A stretch of 64,000 nucleotides of DNA from Flavobacteriales bacterium (GCA_027024205.1 JALVST010000102.1:12987-76986); one strand, 5' to 3'; positions 44,390 through 54,577 are shown, counted from the first letter of the stretch. Numbers and translations are program-made. Notes: generated from the sequence alone by a model not told the origin.

Positions 44390-44821
44390 TTAATCCAAGG
44401 TGTTTTGATACCATAATGCCGGAAATAACAAAAACAACAAAAGCGGTTGTATCATAAAACGCCGTGTGTAAAACAAAAACAGATATTGTCCTGATTGATA
44501 ATTTTGAAGCGCTATATACATTAAACTTATACCAATGATAAAAGTCGCTGTGTAAATCAAAAATAAAAATTTTAACAATCCTGTTTGTTTAAAATACAGA
44601 TAAATGATAGCGATACTCAACACTGCATTGAGCCAATATCTAACACTGTCTATCAAAAGTGTTTTTATAATAGAAGTGTCGGGTAAATCATTATTTAAGT
44701 AATCATGTTGAAAAAAGGCAATTAAGCCATCGTCAAAAAAATGTTTTTCAAAAAAGCGTATGGCAATCAACAGAATAAGGGCAATACTGGCTATAATATG
44801 TTTCTGATAACTCTTACTCAT
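44390..44821 (-). CDS. exosortase F system-associated membrane protein
   Basis: The ATG at 44821 (the listed 44836 start is a TTG) gives about 143 aa with 4 TM helices. It overlaps the xrtF stop by 8 nt, the canonical position. Confidence 0.65.
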   Translation of the reverse strand: MSKSYQKHIIASIALILLIAIRFFEKHFFDDGLIAFFQHDYLNNDLPDTSIIKTLLIDSVRYWLNAVLSIAIIYLYFKQTGLLKFLFLIYTATFIIGISLMYIALQNYQSGQYLFLFYTRRFMIQPLLLFLLFPALWYQNTLD

Positions 44822-45335
44822 GATATTTGAGAACAAAATAGAGCCATAAAATGATAACGAAACCGTAAATCATTGCCGGAAATATGATGCGGTGTGCCAC
44901 GTCTTGATATTGTGGAAAAGCATACAGGATATAACCCAGAAAGACAATTCGTAATAAATTGAATATAAAAATCAATATACTGCCCATAAGGGCGAAAGTC
45001 AATGTTTTTTTTAGATTTTTACCGAAACTCAGTACAAAAGCCATAAACATGATAATCACACTTATTGACGTGCAACCTTCTACTATCCGTGCGACATATT
45101 GCCCTTTGACAATTAATTTTAAACCGGGTTCGGTTTTAATTGGAACACTTTGCACGTTTATGCCGAGGATATTGTAAATACCGGAAACCAATTTTCCAAC
45201 CCAAATCGTAATGATGTCAGTTTGATTTTGAAAAAAAGACAAATAAAAATTATAAACCGTTACTAAAACAACATAAATCAACACAAACTTGCCGATAAAT
45301 TTCAGAGTGGGGTAGTATGTTTTGAGGGTGGACAT
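44814..45335 (-). CDS. xrtF: exosortase family protein XrtF
   Basis: 173 aa, polytopic. Catalytic-Cys context ARIVEGCTSISVIIMF and a conserved Arg region (NLLRIVFLG). Confidence 0.8.
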   Translation of the reverse strand: MSTLKTYYPTLKFIGKFVLIYVVLVTVYNFYLSFFQNQTDIITIWVGKLVSGIYNILGINVQSVPIKTEPGLKLIVKGQYVARIVEGCTSISVIIMFMAFVLSFGKNLKKTLTFALMGSILIFIFNLLRIVFLGYILYAFPQYQDVAHRIIFPAMIYGFVIILWLYFVLKYHE

Positions 45336-45363
45336 GTGATTTGCCTTGCAACGGTTATTGATA

Positions 45364-45371
45364 CAAAGTTA
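45364..45371 (-). promoter_or_regulatory. -7 promoter box TAACTTTG
   Basis: Matches TAnnTTTG, 28 nt upstream of the xrtF ATG. Confidence 0.45.
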
Positions 45372-45469
45372 AGCAATTTGTTTTATTTGTTTTTTTTTTT
45401 GGGTTCCGGAGGATATTTTGAGGATACTATTTTGAATAAAAATGCATAAAAAATGTAACAAATTTTTTA

Positions 45470-45477
45470 TAACTTTG
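45470..45477 (+). promoter_or_regulatory. -7 promoter box TAACTTTG
   Basis: Matches TAnnTTTG, 15 nt upstream of the ATG at 45493. It lies inside the longer listed ORF, so it supports the later start. Confidence 0.5.
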
Positions 45478-45492
45478 ACAAAAACTAACGTG

Positions 45493-47841
45493 ATGAAACA
45501 TTTTTTTGTCATTTTTTTATTTTTTATTTTGTCAAATATCCAATCCCAACAAAAATTTACCGTCAGCGGTACGGTTACCGATGCCAAAACCGGTGAAACT
45601 TTGATGGGAGTGAATATTTTTGTCAAATCCAATCCGCAAAAAGGGGTGGTCTCCAATTATTACGGATATTATGCATTGAATTTGCCAGCTGGCACTTATG
45701 CATTGGTTTTCAGTTATTTAGGGTATAAAGATGAAGAAATCACCATTAATTTGCAAGAAGATATCAAACGTGATATAAAGCTGACACCGGTTCCCGAAAC
45801 TTTGGGAGAAGTAGTTGTTACCGGCAAAAAAACGAAAATCCGCAATGTACGTTCCACGGTTCTCGGGACACATGACTTACAAATTAAAAGAATAGAAAAT
45901 TTGCCTGTTTTATTGGGTGAGAAGGATATATTGAAAATCATCCAGTTGTTACCCGGGGTCAAACCGGCGGGTGAAGGACAATCCGGTTTTTATGTACGGG
46001 GTGGAAATATTGACGAGAATTTGATTTTACTGGATGAAGCGCCGGTTTACAACGCATCGCATTTGTTGGGATTTTTCTCGGTTTTTAATGCCGATGTTAT
46101 CCGTGATGTCAAATTGTACAAAGGACATATCCCGGCACGGTACGGCAGCCGGTTGTCATCGGTATTGGAGATGCGGATGAAGGAAGGGAATAATCAAAAA
46201 CTGCACGGCCAAGGCGGTATCGGCTTGATATCGTCGCACTTTGCTTTGGAGGCCCCTATCGTTAAAGACAAATCGTCTTTTTTGATATCCGGACGCCGGA
46301 CTTATGTGGATTTGTTGTTCAAAGCCATTACCAACGACCAAGATATCAACAATATGGGATTGTATTTTTACGATTTGAATCTCAAAACCAATTGGCGTTT
46401 CAACGCTAATAACCGTGTGTTTCTGTCGGGTTATTTCGGACGGGATGTGTTCGGGGTTAAAGAAGAGGAAAGTAAATTCGGTTTTTCGTGGGGTAATGCC
46501 ACTACAACACTTCGTTTCAACCATATTTTTAACAGTCGTTTGTTTTCCAATACTTCATTGATTTTCAGTGATTATAATTATCTTATCAAATTGGAATCCA
46601 GAGATTTTACAGAGTTTTTCTTTTCTTTGGGCGCCGGTATTCAAGATCTGACTTTAAAAAATGATTTTAATTATTACTTAAACGATAGACATAAGATTAA
46701 CTTCGGGCTTGATATCACGCATCATACTTTGAGACCCAGTACTTTTAGGTCCAGCGAATTTAATGAAGTGCTTGACCGGTTAAATTTAATAAACCGCTAT
46801 GCTTTTGAAAATGCTTTGTATCTTTCGGACGAATACAGTATTTCCAATAAACTGAAAGTTTATTACGGCCTCCGATACACGAATTTTATTCATCTGGGTG
46901 GTGGCAATTTTACCAAATACGATGCCCAAGGTAACGAGGAATTTACCAAGCATTATGACCGCTGGAAAGCGGTTAAAACTTTTCACGGTTTGGCCCCACG
47001 TATCAGTATCAGTTATGCTTTTGACGAGGAGCAATCTGTCAAAACGGCTTTTGCCAAAACCTATCAATTTTTACATCTGATGAGTAATTCTTCATCGGCC
47101 AATCCGACGGATGTCTGGATGCCCAGCGGTTTGAATATTCCGGCTCAAACTTCTTATCAGGCTTCTGCTGGATATTTTAGAAATTTAAAAGATGGAAAAC
47201 TGGAATTTTCAGCCGAAATCTATTATAAAACCATGCATAATGTCGTGGATTACAAGACGGGTACCCAAATTACACTCAATCCCGAAGTGGAAAAAGATTT
47301 GCTTTACGGTCAAGGTAAAGCTTACGGATTGGAATTATTGTTCCGAAAAAAACAAGGTAGGTTAAACGGTTGGTTATCATATACTTTATCCCGTTCCCTC
47401 AAACAATTTGACGGTATCAATAACGGGAAATGGTTCTCCGCCAGGCAAGATCGCATTCACGACATTTCGTTGGTCATGAATTACAGATTATTTCCACAAG
47501 TCGATTTGGGACTCGTTTGGGTCTATTATACCGGCAATGCCGTGACATTTCCTGCCGGATTTTATCAAATAAACGGACACGAATACCCATATTTCACGGA
47601 ACGAAACGGTGGTAGAATGCCCGATTATCATCGTTTGGATCTTTCAGTAACTCTGCACAACAAACCGGGTAAAAAATTCCGTTCAAGTTGGAATTTTGCC
47701 CTTTACAATGCTTACGGCCGTCTCAATCCGTATATTATTTATTTCCGTGAAGATTGGGAACATCAAAGCCGGAATTTAAAAGCCCGTCAAATTACATTGT
47801 TCAGATGGGTACCGTCTATAACTTATAATTTTAAATTTTAA
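45493..47841 (+). CDS. TonB-dependent receptor with N-terminal CarboxypepD_reg domain
   Basis: The ATG at 45493 gives the signal peptide MKHFFVIFLFFILSNIQSQ. Contains FTVSGTVTDAKTGETLMGVNI, a plug domain, a large barrel and C-terminal ITYNFKF. Confidence 0.9.
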   Translation: MKHFFVIFLFFILSNIQSQQKFTVSGTVTDAKTGETLMGVNIFVKSNPQKGVVSNYYGYYALNLPAGTYALVFSYLGYKDEEITINLQEDIKRDIKLTPVPETLGEVVVTGKKTKIRNVRSTVLGTHDLQIKRIENLPVLLGEKDILKIIQLLPGVKPAGEGQSGFYVRGGNIDENLILLDEAPVYNASHLLGFFSVFNADVIRDVKLYKGHIPARYGSRLSSVLEMRMKEGNNQKLHGQGGIGLISSHFALEAPIVKDKSSFLISGRRTYVDLLFKAITNDQDINNMGLYFYDLNLKTNWRFNANNRVFLSGYFGRDVFGVKEEESKFGFSWGNATTTLRFNHIFNSRLFSNTSLIFSDYNYLIKLESRDFTEFFFSLGAGIQDLTLKNDFNYYLNDRHKINFGLDITHHTLRPSTFRSSEFNEVLDRLNLINRYAFENALYLSDEYSISNKLKVYYGLRYTNFIHLGGGNFTKYDAQGNEEFTKHYDRWKAVKTFHGLAPRISISYAFDEEQSVKTAFAKTYQFLHLMSNSSSANPTDVWMPSGLNIPAQTSYQASAGYFRNLKDGKLEFSAEIYYKTMHNVVDYKTGTQITLNPEVEKDLLYGQGKAYGLELLFRKKQGRLNGWLSYTLSRSLKQFDGINNGKWFSARQDRIHDISLVMNYRLFPQVDLGLVWVYYTGNAVTFPAGFYQINGHEYPYFTERNGGRMPDYHRLDLSVTLHNKPGKKFRSSWNFALYNAYGRLNPYIIYFREDWEHQSRNLKARQITLFRWVPSITYNFKF

Positions 47842-47845
47842 GCCA

Positions 47846-48649
47846 ATGAAAAAAATCAGTTTTATATTGCTTGTACTTTTATTGTCAGTTGCTTGCGAAA
47901 AAGATGCCGATATCGAGATACAAGAAATGGATCCTGTCCCCGTTATCGAAGGAAAATTTTCAAATTTTGCCCCGGATTCTTTCTTTAAAATAACAATGAG
48001 TAAAGGTTTTGAAAGAGATACTTATGGATACCGGCCGGTTATCGATGCCCAATTAACCGTTACCGACAGTCAAGGACATATCATAAATTTTGTTCCCGGT
48101 AATGATAGTATTTACAGAACAACTTCCAACGGTATCCCCGGAGAAACTTATACGTTGAAATTAATCAAAGGAAACCAACAATTGACAGCAAGCTCCACAA
48201 TGCCTTCTTTGGTTCAAATTACCGATTTTGAATTTGTTACAGAAACAGACAACGACGGGAATACCGAATACAAGTTGAAATTATATTTTGACGACCCACA
48301 AAGCCGGACGGATTATTATATGGTGCAAATTTTTTATCATGATTACACCGGTTTTTATCAATTGGATTCCGACATTTATTTTAATGATTACACTTATGAT
48401 AAATCGGAACATTCATTGAGTTTATCAAATGTTTATGATAGCGGCCCGGGGGATTATAAAGTCAAATTGTTTCATCTCAACAAAACTTATGTCGATTATT
48501 TGAACACTTTGGACCGGTTGGGTAATATGGGTTACGGCGACAGTCCTTTTCAAATTTTTGTTCCGGGTAATCCCGAAACCAATGTGCAAGGAGGTATCGG
48601 GTATTTTGCAACTGTAGCTTTCGATAGTTTGATTAAGCATATTAATTGA
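47846..48649 (+). CDS. DUF4249-like lipoprotein (partner of the TonB-dependent receptor)
   Basis: 267 aa with lipobox LLSVAC. It starts 4 nt after the receptor gene. Confidence 0.7.
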   Translation: MKKISFILLVLLLSVACEKDADIEIQEMDPVPVIEGKFSNFAPDSFFKITMSKGFERDTYGYRPVIDAQLTVTDSQGHIINFVPGNDSIYRTTSNGIPGETYTLKLIKGNQQLTASSTMPSLVQITDFEFVTETDNDGNTEYKLKLYFDDPQSRTDYYMVQIFYHDYTGFYQLDSDIYFNDYTYDKSEHSLSLSNVYDSGPGDYKVKLFHLNKTYVDYLNTLDRLGNMGYGDSPFQIFVPGNPETNVQGGIGYFATVAFDSLIKHIN

Positions 48650-48691
48650 CCGGACTTTTCTTTAATGATATTTGCCAAATAAATTATTATT

Positions 48692-50344
48692 ATGCTTGAA
48701 ATTTTAGCGGTTTGGTTGTTTAGTTTGACTATTATCATAGCGCTCGGACGTATTGTGCATTTTTTTCTTTTTAAGAAAGATGCCGGTATGCAAAATTTCT
48801 TGCTTTTTAACGGGCTGTTTGCATATATGTTGTTGATTTGGTTGATATTGTATTTTTATGGTTTTTCTTTGATATTTCAAATTTTTTTCTTTGTCTTTTC
48901 AATTATTTTTTTGATATACCGTCCGGAATTTGTAAGAACCATTTGGCATGTTTTTAAAAAATTTTCACTTTCGGATAAAATATTACTTTTCATCATATTA
49001 ATTGTAGTTTTGATGTTGAGTGCCGCTTTTTCGAGTTTACCAGACAACGAAAGTTATTATATCCAGACTGTTAAATGGGCAAACGAACAAGGTTTTATTA
49101 AAGGTTTGATGAATATTCATCCGTTTTTAGGACAATTTTCCGGCTGGCATATCTTACAAGCCGGCTGTAATCTTCATTATAAATCTTTAACTTTTAACGA
49201 TTTAAACGGTTTGTTTCTCTTGATTTTTGTTTTTTATTGGTTGCAAACAGTTCGTAAATACGGATTAAAACAAACTTATTGGTTTGTAATTTTTCCGGTG
49301 GTATCGGTGCTGACAGTTTTTTTTATTGATAGCCCTTCACCCGATTTGTCAGTTGCTTTGTTGTCATTAATCGTCTTCGATTTATTTATTATAAACTTTA
49401 AACATTTCAATATCAATCTGTTTATTGAGATGTTTTTATTAGCGAGCTTCAGTTTCCTTATAAAACCGACGGCTGTCATAAATGTTATTCCGGTTTTGAT
49501 TTTATGGTGGCGATACCGCCGGATTCTCAACGTTTATTCCATGAAAATGTTGATTCTCGGTCTGATATTGTTGAGTTTGTGGTTTAGTAAAAATTATATT
49601 GTCACCGGTTATATTTTTTATCCCTTTGATTTGTTGGGTGATTTAGTTAAACCGGTTTGGCAATACCCGCGGGAATTAATGCAATATATATCACAACTCG
49701 GACAACGAGAAAACATGGCTTTATCTTTAAGCGGTCATTTGATAACCGGATTTTGGCAGTGGCTACGGCAACCCGGCATCCATCAAATTATCAATCCGTT
49801 GATAGTCATATTGCTTGTTTTATATCCGGTGATTTTAGTGCTCAAAAAACAAAAATTAAAAATTTCAAATCCATATTGGCTTCTGTATTTAACAGGATCG
49901 ATTTATTTTATGATTATTTTGTTTATCAGTCCCAATTTCCGTTTTTATCTTTCGTTTTTGCTTTTTTTGGCAATGAGTATCAAAGCATTCTCAGGCTCAC
50001 AACTCAATTTTAAATACTTCAATACCTTTGGTTGGATTTTATTTATTTTTGCCGGTATTTTTTTATCCCTGCGTCAGCATTTCGGTTTAAAAAATATTAT
50101 TACACCCCGGCCGGTTTCAAGTTTGAATGTTCCCTTTAAGACGGAGAGTGTCGGTAATCTTGAATATCATTATCCGGATGATAGCCGGTTGTTTTGGCAG
50201 ACGGGTGATGCGCCTTTACCGGCAGTTCATAAACGACAGATTGCGTTTTTTTGGCAAAATTTTAATATAGTGCCACAACAAAGTCCGGATAAAAAATATT
50301 ATTACAGTAAACCGGTGAGGAATCCGAAAAAAAAACATTTCTAA
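48692..50344 (+). CDS. large polytopic membrane protein (possible GT-C/O-antigen-polymerase-like)
   Basis: 550 aa with at least 12 hydrophobic helices and a C-terminal soluble tail. No confident family call. Confidence 0.5.
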   Translation: MLEILAVWLFSLTIIIALGRIVHFFLFKKDAGMQNFLLFNGLFAYMLLIWLILYFYGFSLIFQIFFFVFSIIFLIYRPEFVRTIWHVFKKFSLSDKILLFIILIVVLMLSAAFSSLPDNESYYIQTVKWANEQGFIKGLMNIHPFLGQFSGWHILQAGCNLHYKSLTFNDLNGLFLLIFVFYWLQTVRKYGLKQTYWFVIFPVVSVLTVFFIDSPSPDLSVALLSLIVFDLFIINFKHFNINLFIEMFLLASFSFLIKPTAVINVIPVLILWWRYRRILNVYSMKMLILGLILLSLWFSKNYIVTGYIFYPFDLLGDLVKPVWQYPRELMQYISQLGQRENMALSLSGHLITGFWQWLRQPGIHQIINPLIVILLVLYPVILVLKKQKLKISNPYWLLYLTGSIYFMIILFISPNFRFYLSFLLFLAMSIKAFSGSQLNFKYFNTFGWILFIFAGIFLSLRQHFGLKNIITPRPVSSLNVPFKTESVGNLEYHYPDDSRLFWQTGDAPLPAVHKRQIAFFWQNFNIVPQQSPDKKYYYSKPVRNPKKKHF

Positions 50345-50375
50345 CGCCTTGTCACTTTTTACATTGGTCTGAAAA

Positions 50376-51662
50376 TCAAAGTCTCATATCACTTTTTTCT
50401 TTCGGATAAATGGCTTTGACATCGTAAATCAAAGCATTATCATTGGTATATTTTTCCAGATCGAGATTTTTAAATTCATTATGAGCGACCACTGCTATGA
50501 CGGCATCGTATTTTTTATCGGTATTTTCGATGTTTGAAATCAAATCCAATCCGTATTCTTCTTTTACTTCTTCCGGTGATGCCCAAGGGTCAAATACATC
50601 GATATTCATTTGATAATCTTGCAGTTCCCTGACAACATCAATAGCTCTGGAATTGCGGATGTCAGGGCAATTTTCCTTGAATGTGATACCTAAAACCAAA
50701 ACATTGGCATTTTTGATTTCCAAATTTTTTTTCAACATCATTTTAATCGTTTCTTGGGCTACGAATTGTCCCATACTGTCGTTTAAACGGCGTCCGGCTA
50801 AAATGATTTCCGGATTGTAATCATATTCTTTGGCTTTGTGAGCCAGATAATAAGGGTCTATTCCGATACAATGTCCGCCAACCAATCCGGGGCGGAACGG
50901 TAAAAAATTCCATTTGGTACCGGCCGCTTCCAAAACTTCTATCGTGTCTATTTCCAACAAACGGAAAATTTTGGACAATTCATTGACGAACGCAATATTG
51001 ATATCCCGTTGCGCATTTTCAATTACCTTGGCCGCTTCTGCTACTTTGATGGACGAAGCTTTATGCGTACCCGCAGTGATAATACTTTTGTAAAGTTGGT
51101 CGATTTCTTCTGCAATTTCAGGTGTGGATCCCGAAGTAACCTTTAAAATTTTTGTTACCGTATGTTCTTTGTCTCCCGGATTGATACGTTCGGGGGAATA
51201 ACCGGCATAAAAATCCGTGTTATACTTTAATCCGGACTCTTTTTCCAAAATCGGGACGCATTCTTCTTCGGTAGCGCCCGGAAATACCGTTGATTCGTAA
51301 ATGACGATATCGCCTTTTTTCAACACTTTTCCAACACTTTCACTGGCTTTGTAAAGAGGGGTCAAATCCGGAATTTTATGTTTGTCGATAGGTGTGGGAA
51401 CCGTGACAATATAAATTTGAGCATCAACTATATCTTGCAAGTTATCTGTCAGAGATAACCCCTTTTTGTCAAAATCATTTACCAAAACGCTTTTTAATTG
51501 TTCTTCGGACACTTCCAGTGTGTCATCGATACCTTTTTTAAGTTCAGATACCCGTTTCGAATTGATATCAAATCCCACAACTTTATATTTTGTAGCAAAA
51601 GCTGCTGCCAATGGCAATCCGACATACCCCAAGCCGATAACGGCAATTTTTTTGTCGTACAT
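50376..51662 (-). CDS. nucleotide-sugar (UDP-N-acetylhexosamine) 6-dehydrogenase, TviB/WbpO-like
   Basis: 428 aa with an N-terminal Rossmann fold (IAVIGLGYVGLPLA) and catalytic GGHCIG. Confidence 0.88.
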   Translation of the reverse strand: MYDKKIAVIGLGYVGLPLAAAFATKYKVVGFDINSKRVSELKKGIDDTLEVSEEQLKSVLVNDFDKKGLSLTDNLQDIVDAQIYIVTVPTPIDKHKIPDLTPLYKASESVGKVLKKGDIVIYESTVFPGATEEECVPILEKESGLKYNTDFYAGYSPERINPGDKEHTVTKILKVTSGSTPEIAEEIDQLYKSIITAGTHKASSIKVAEAAKVIENAQRDINIAFVNELSKIFRLLEIDTIEVLEAAGTKWNFLPFRPGLVGGHCIGIDPYYLAHKAKEYDYNPEIILAGRRLNDSMGQFVAQETIKMMLKKNLEIKNANVLVLGITFKENCPDIRNSRAIDVVRELQDYQMNIDVFDPWASPEEVKEEYGLDLISNIENTDKKYDAVIAVVAHNEFKNLDLEKYTNDNALIYDVKAIYPKEKSDMRL

Positions 51663-51695
51663 AGAAATAAATTTTAGGTCAATAGATAAATTGCT

Positions 51696-51703
51696 TAATT
51701 TTG
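51696..51703 (+). promoter_or_regulatory. -7 promoter box TAATTTTG
   Basis: Matches TAnnTTTG, 27 nt upstream of the ATG at 51731. Confidence 0.45.
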
Positions 51704-51708
51704 GACAA

Positions 51709-51716
51709 CAAAGATA
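51709..51716 (-). promoter_or_regulatory. -7 promoter box TATCTTTG
   Basis: Matches TAnnTTTG on the minus strand, 46 nt upstream of the dehydrogenase ATG. Confidence 0.45.
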
Positions 51717-51730
51717 AGATTTATTAACAA

Positions 51731-52258
51731 ATGAAAAAAATTGGCAAAGAAAATATTTTCAGGATCGTTATGTGGCTATTGTTTTTAGTAGGCGGTGCTG
51801 TTTTGAGCATACATTATGACAAAATTTATTTTTACGATTGGTTCAACAGCACAAAATTTCATGTTGCTACAATGATTCCCGGTTACATTTTGTTAAAAAC
51901 AATTATCAAAGTCAGTCGCAATACCGGACGATATTTGGCCAAACACGGTAGGGAAGGTGATTTGCCGCCTTTGGAAGTAAATAAGTTGGTAACAACGGGC
52001 ATTTACGGTTGCATGCGTCATCCGATGCATTTCGGATTGATATTTTTTCCGTTAGCTTTTGCTTTGTTAGTCGGTAGCCCGGTTTTTATCATGATTTTGG
52101 CCCCTTTGGAAATGCTTTTAATGTTGCTGATGATTAAATTTTACGAAGAACCTCAGGCCCGGAAAAAATTCGGACCGGCCTATGATGAATATAAAAAACA
52201 AGTCCCCTTTTTCAGTATCAAATGTATTAAACGGTTATTAATATCAGGTGATGCGTAG
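51731..52258 (+). CDS. ICMT/phospholipid-methyltransferase-like membrane methyltransferase
   Basis: 175 aa with 4-5 TM helices and TTGIYGCMRHPMHFG ... EEPQARKKFGPAYDEYKKQVP. Confidence 0.7.
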   Translation: MKKIGKENIFRIVMWLLFLVGGAVLSIHYDKIYFYDWFNSTKFHVATMIPGYILLKTIIKVSRNTGRYLAKHGREGDLPPLEVNKLVTTGIYGCMRHPMHFGLIFFPLAFALLVGSPVFIMILAPLEMLLMLLMIKFYEEPQARKKFGPAYDEYKKQVPFFSIKCIKRLLISGDA

Positions 52259-52364
52259 AATGAAACGACGTGCGGATAAGGGATAAAATCTTCATTTCCT
52301 TCATACTCATAATGTATTTCTTTTTTTCGTATTTTAGCTTTTTATAAAATAAAATTGATAAATT

Positions 52365-53132
52365 ATGAAGAAAAAAGCTTACTTACTTATTTTTTTATTA
52401 CCATTATACTTGTTATTTTCTTATTCGAGTGGGGCACCTAGCGGTGTGACGGGGTCTCCGGGTGACAGTAATCACACTTGTACCGGTTGTCATTCATACA
52501 GTGGCAGCGGTTATTCCCCCGTATTTAATGTGTCCGGTATTCCGGCAAGCGGTTACCAACCCGGACAAACTTACCAATTGACTTTGAGTGTTTCCAATGT
52601 CACTACCTCCCATATGGGATTTGAAGCTTGTGTTGAAAACGCTTCGAATCAGAAACAAGGGACATTTAATAATTCTGATGTAACTACACAAGCCATTCAA
52701 GGTAATACCTATATTACACATACATCTTTAGGTAACATGCAAACTCAATGGACTTTTGATTGGACGGCGCCGTCCGGCTCGCAAGGTGATTTGACGTTGT
52801 ATTTTGCAGTTAATATGGCTAATGGAGATGGTTCGACTTTCGGTGATTATATTCAAACCGGTTCGGTCAGTATCCCGGAAGATACCAATTCTTTAAAGGA
52901 AATACATGCCAATCAAATAGTTATTTATCCTAACCCTGCCAATGATTTTATCAATCTTTCAACCGGTAATTATCAATTTGACAAAGCCGTAATTCAAGAT
53001 GTTTTAGGAAAAATTTATCCCGTTCAATTACAAAATAATCGGATAGATATTTCCTTTTTGCCTGTTGGGACTTATATTTTAAAGCTTCAAAATCAGCAAT
53101 TTAAGTCTGAAAAACAATTTATCAAAAAATAA
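52365..53132 (+). CDS. T9SS-secreted protein with an N-terminal CxxCH-containing domain
   Basis: 255 aa with a signal peptide and [22 protein letters not shown]. The C-terminal sorting domain is [13 protein letters not shown] ... GTYILKL. Confidence 0.7.
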   Translation: MKKKAYLLIFLLPLYLLFSYSSGAPSGVTGSPGDSNHTCTGCHSYSGSGYSPVFNVSGIPASGYQPGQTYQLTLSVSNVTTSHMGFEACVENASNQKQGTFNNSDVTTQAIQGNTYITHTSLGNMQTQWTFDWTAPSGSQGDLTLYFAVNMANGDGSTFGDYIQTGSVSIPEDTNSLKEIHANQIVIYPNPANDFINLSTGNYQFDKAVIQDVLGKIYPVQLQNNRIDISFLPVGTYILKLQNQQFKSEKQFIKK

Positions 53133-53155
53133 AACGGATTTACCGGAATATTTTT

Positions 53156-53163
53156 TATCTTTG
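53156..53163 (+). promoter_or_regulatory. -7 promoter box TATCTTTG
   Basis: Matches TAnnTTTG, 28 nt upstream of rpsF. Confidence 0.5.
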
Positions 53164-53191
53164 CAGGCACTTTAAAATTAAAATAAATATT

Positions 53192-53533
53192 ATGAACCAT
53201 TATGAAACTGTTTTCATTTTAACTCCCGTTTTATCTGATGATCAGGTAAAGGAAGCAGTCAAAAAATTTGAAGATTTTTTAACTTCCAAAGGCGGCGAGA
53301 TAGTATGGAAAGAAGATTGGGGGCTTAAAAAATTGGCTTACCCTATCCAGCACAAGAAAACCGGGTTTTATCATTTGATTGAGTTCAAGTTGAAGCCGGA
53401 AGACGTTAAAGATTTGGATTTGTCGTTTAGACGAGACGAACGTGTTATGCGTCATTTAATTGTCAAATTGGACAAATATGGCGTTGAATGGGCAGAAAAA
53501 AGAAGAGAAAAAATTAAAGAATCTAAAAAATAA
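53192..53533 (+). CDS. rpsF: 30S ribosomal protein S6
   Basis: 113 aa, begins [16 protein letters not shown]. Confidence 0.95.
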   Translation: MNHYETVFILTPVLSDDQVKEAVKKFEDFLTSKGGEIVWKEDWGLKKLAYPIQHKKTGFYHLIEFKLKPEDVKDLDLSFRRDERVMRHLIVKLDKYGVEWAEKRREKIKESKK

Positions 53534-53538
53534 GGCAT

Positions 53539-53832
53539 ATGTCAGGTTTAGAGCAAAGTTCAGGAAAACAATCCGAAATCAGATATTTAACCCAATTGGA
53601 TATTGAGGTTAAGCCGAATAAGAAGAAATATTGCCGTTTTAAAAAATACGGTATCAAATACATTGACTATAAAGACCCCGATTTCTTAATGAAATTTGTT
53701 AACGAACAAGGTAAAATTTTGCCGCGTCGTATCACCGGAACTTCTTTAAAATACCAAAGAAGATTAGCTAAAGCTATTAAAAGAGCACGTCATTTGGCCT
53801 TGATGCCTTATGTAGGAGATATGTTAAAATAA
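53539..53832 (+). CDS. rpsR: 30S ribosomal protein S18
   Basis: 97 aa with [18 protein letters not shown] ... LPRRITGTS. Confidence 0.95.
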   Translation: MSGLEQSSGKQSEIRYLTQLDIEVKPNKKKYCRFKKYGIKYIDYKDPDFLMKFVNEQGKILPRRITGTSLKYQRRLAKAIKRARHLALMPYVGDMLK

Positions 53833-53845
53833 AAAAGAAGGAACG

Positions 53846-54421
53846 ATGGAAATTATTTTATTAAAAGACGTAGAAAATTTAGGTTTTGCCGATGATATAG
53901 TAACGGTAAAAAACGGTTACGGTAGAAATTATTTAATACCGAAAGGCTATGCCGTATTAGCGACCCCTTCTGCCAAAAAAGTTTTAGCCGAAAAATTAAA
54001 ACAAAGAGCTTTTAAAGAAAAACATATTGTTGAAGAAGCACAAAAAATGGCTGAAAAATTAAAAGCCTTACAAATTAGAATTCCAGCCAAAGTGGGTGCA
54101 GGAGATAAGTTGTTCGGGTCTATTAACAATCAAGATTTGGCCGAAGTCTTAGCCAAAGAAGGCTTTGAGATAGAAAAAAAATACATTCAAGTTATTGGCG
54201 GTAATGTAAAACGTATTGGAAAATACAATGCCAAAATCCGCTTACACAGAGATGTAATTGTAGATTTGGAATTTGAAGTGACACCTGTCCGTGACGAAAA
54301 AGCCATTGCAGAGGCCAAAGCAAAAGCCGCTGCCGAAGCAAAAGAAAAAGAAGCTAAAGCTGCGGCCGCATCAGAAAAAACAGAAGGTGAAACTGCTGCT
54401 GAAACAGAAACAGCCGAATAA
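53846..54421 (+). CDS. rplI: 50S ribosomal protein L9 with an Ala/Lys/Glu-rich C-terminal extension
   Basis: 191 aa, begins MEIILLKDVENLGFADDIVTVKNGYGRNYLIP. The last ~40 aa are AEAKAKAAAEAKEKEAKAAAASEKTEGETAAETETAE. Confidence 0.93.
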   Translation: MEIILLKDVENLGFADDIVTVKNGYGRNYLIPKGYAVLATPSAKKVLAEKLKQRAFKEKHIVEEAQKMAEKLKALQIRIPAKVGAGDKLFGSINNQDLAEVLAKEGFEIEKKYIQVIGGNVKRIGKYNAKIRLHRDVIVDLEFEVTPVRDEKAIAEAKAKAAAEAKEKEAKAAAASEKTEGETAAETETAE

Positions 54422-54440
54422 ATAGGGATTTTTTATAAAT

Positions 54441-54479
54441 AACAAGGTCGCCAAAAATTGGCGACCTTGTTTATTTTTA
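54441..54479 (+). terminator. intrinsic terminator
   Basis: AACAAGGTCGCCA-aaaat-TGGCGACCTTGTT (13-bp perfect stem) followed by TATTTTTA. Confidence 0.8.
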
Positions 54480-54577
54480 TGTGATTTATGGAGGCAGGTT
54501 TTCAAAACCTCTATACTTGTCAGGTATTAAAAATTTAAGACTTTGGGTTTACAAAATTTATCCGGGGATTAAAAGTC

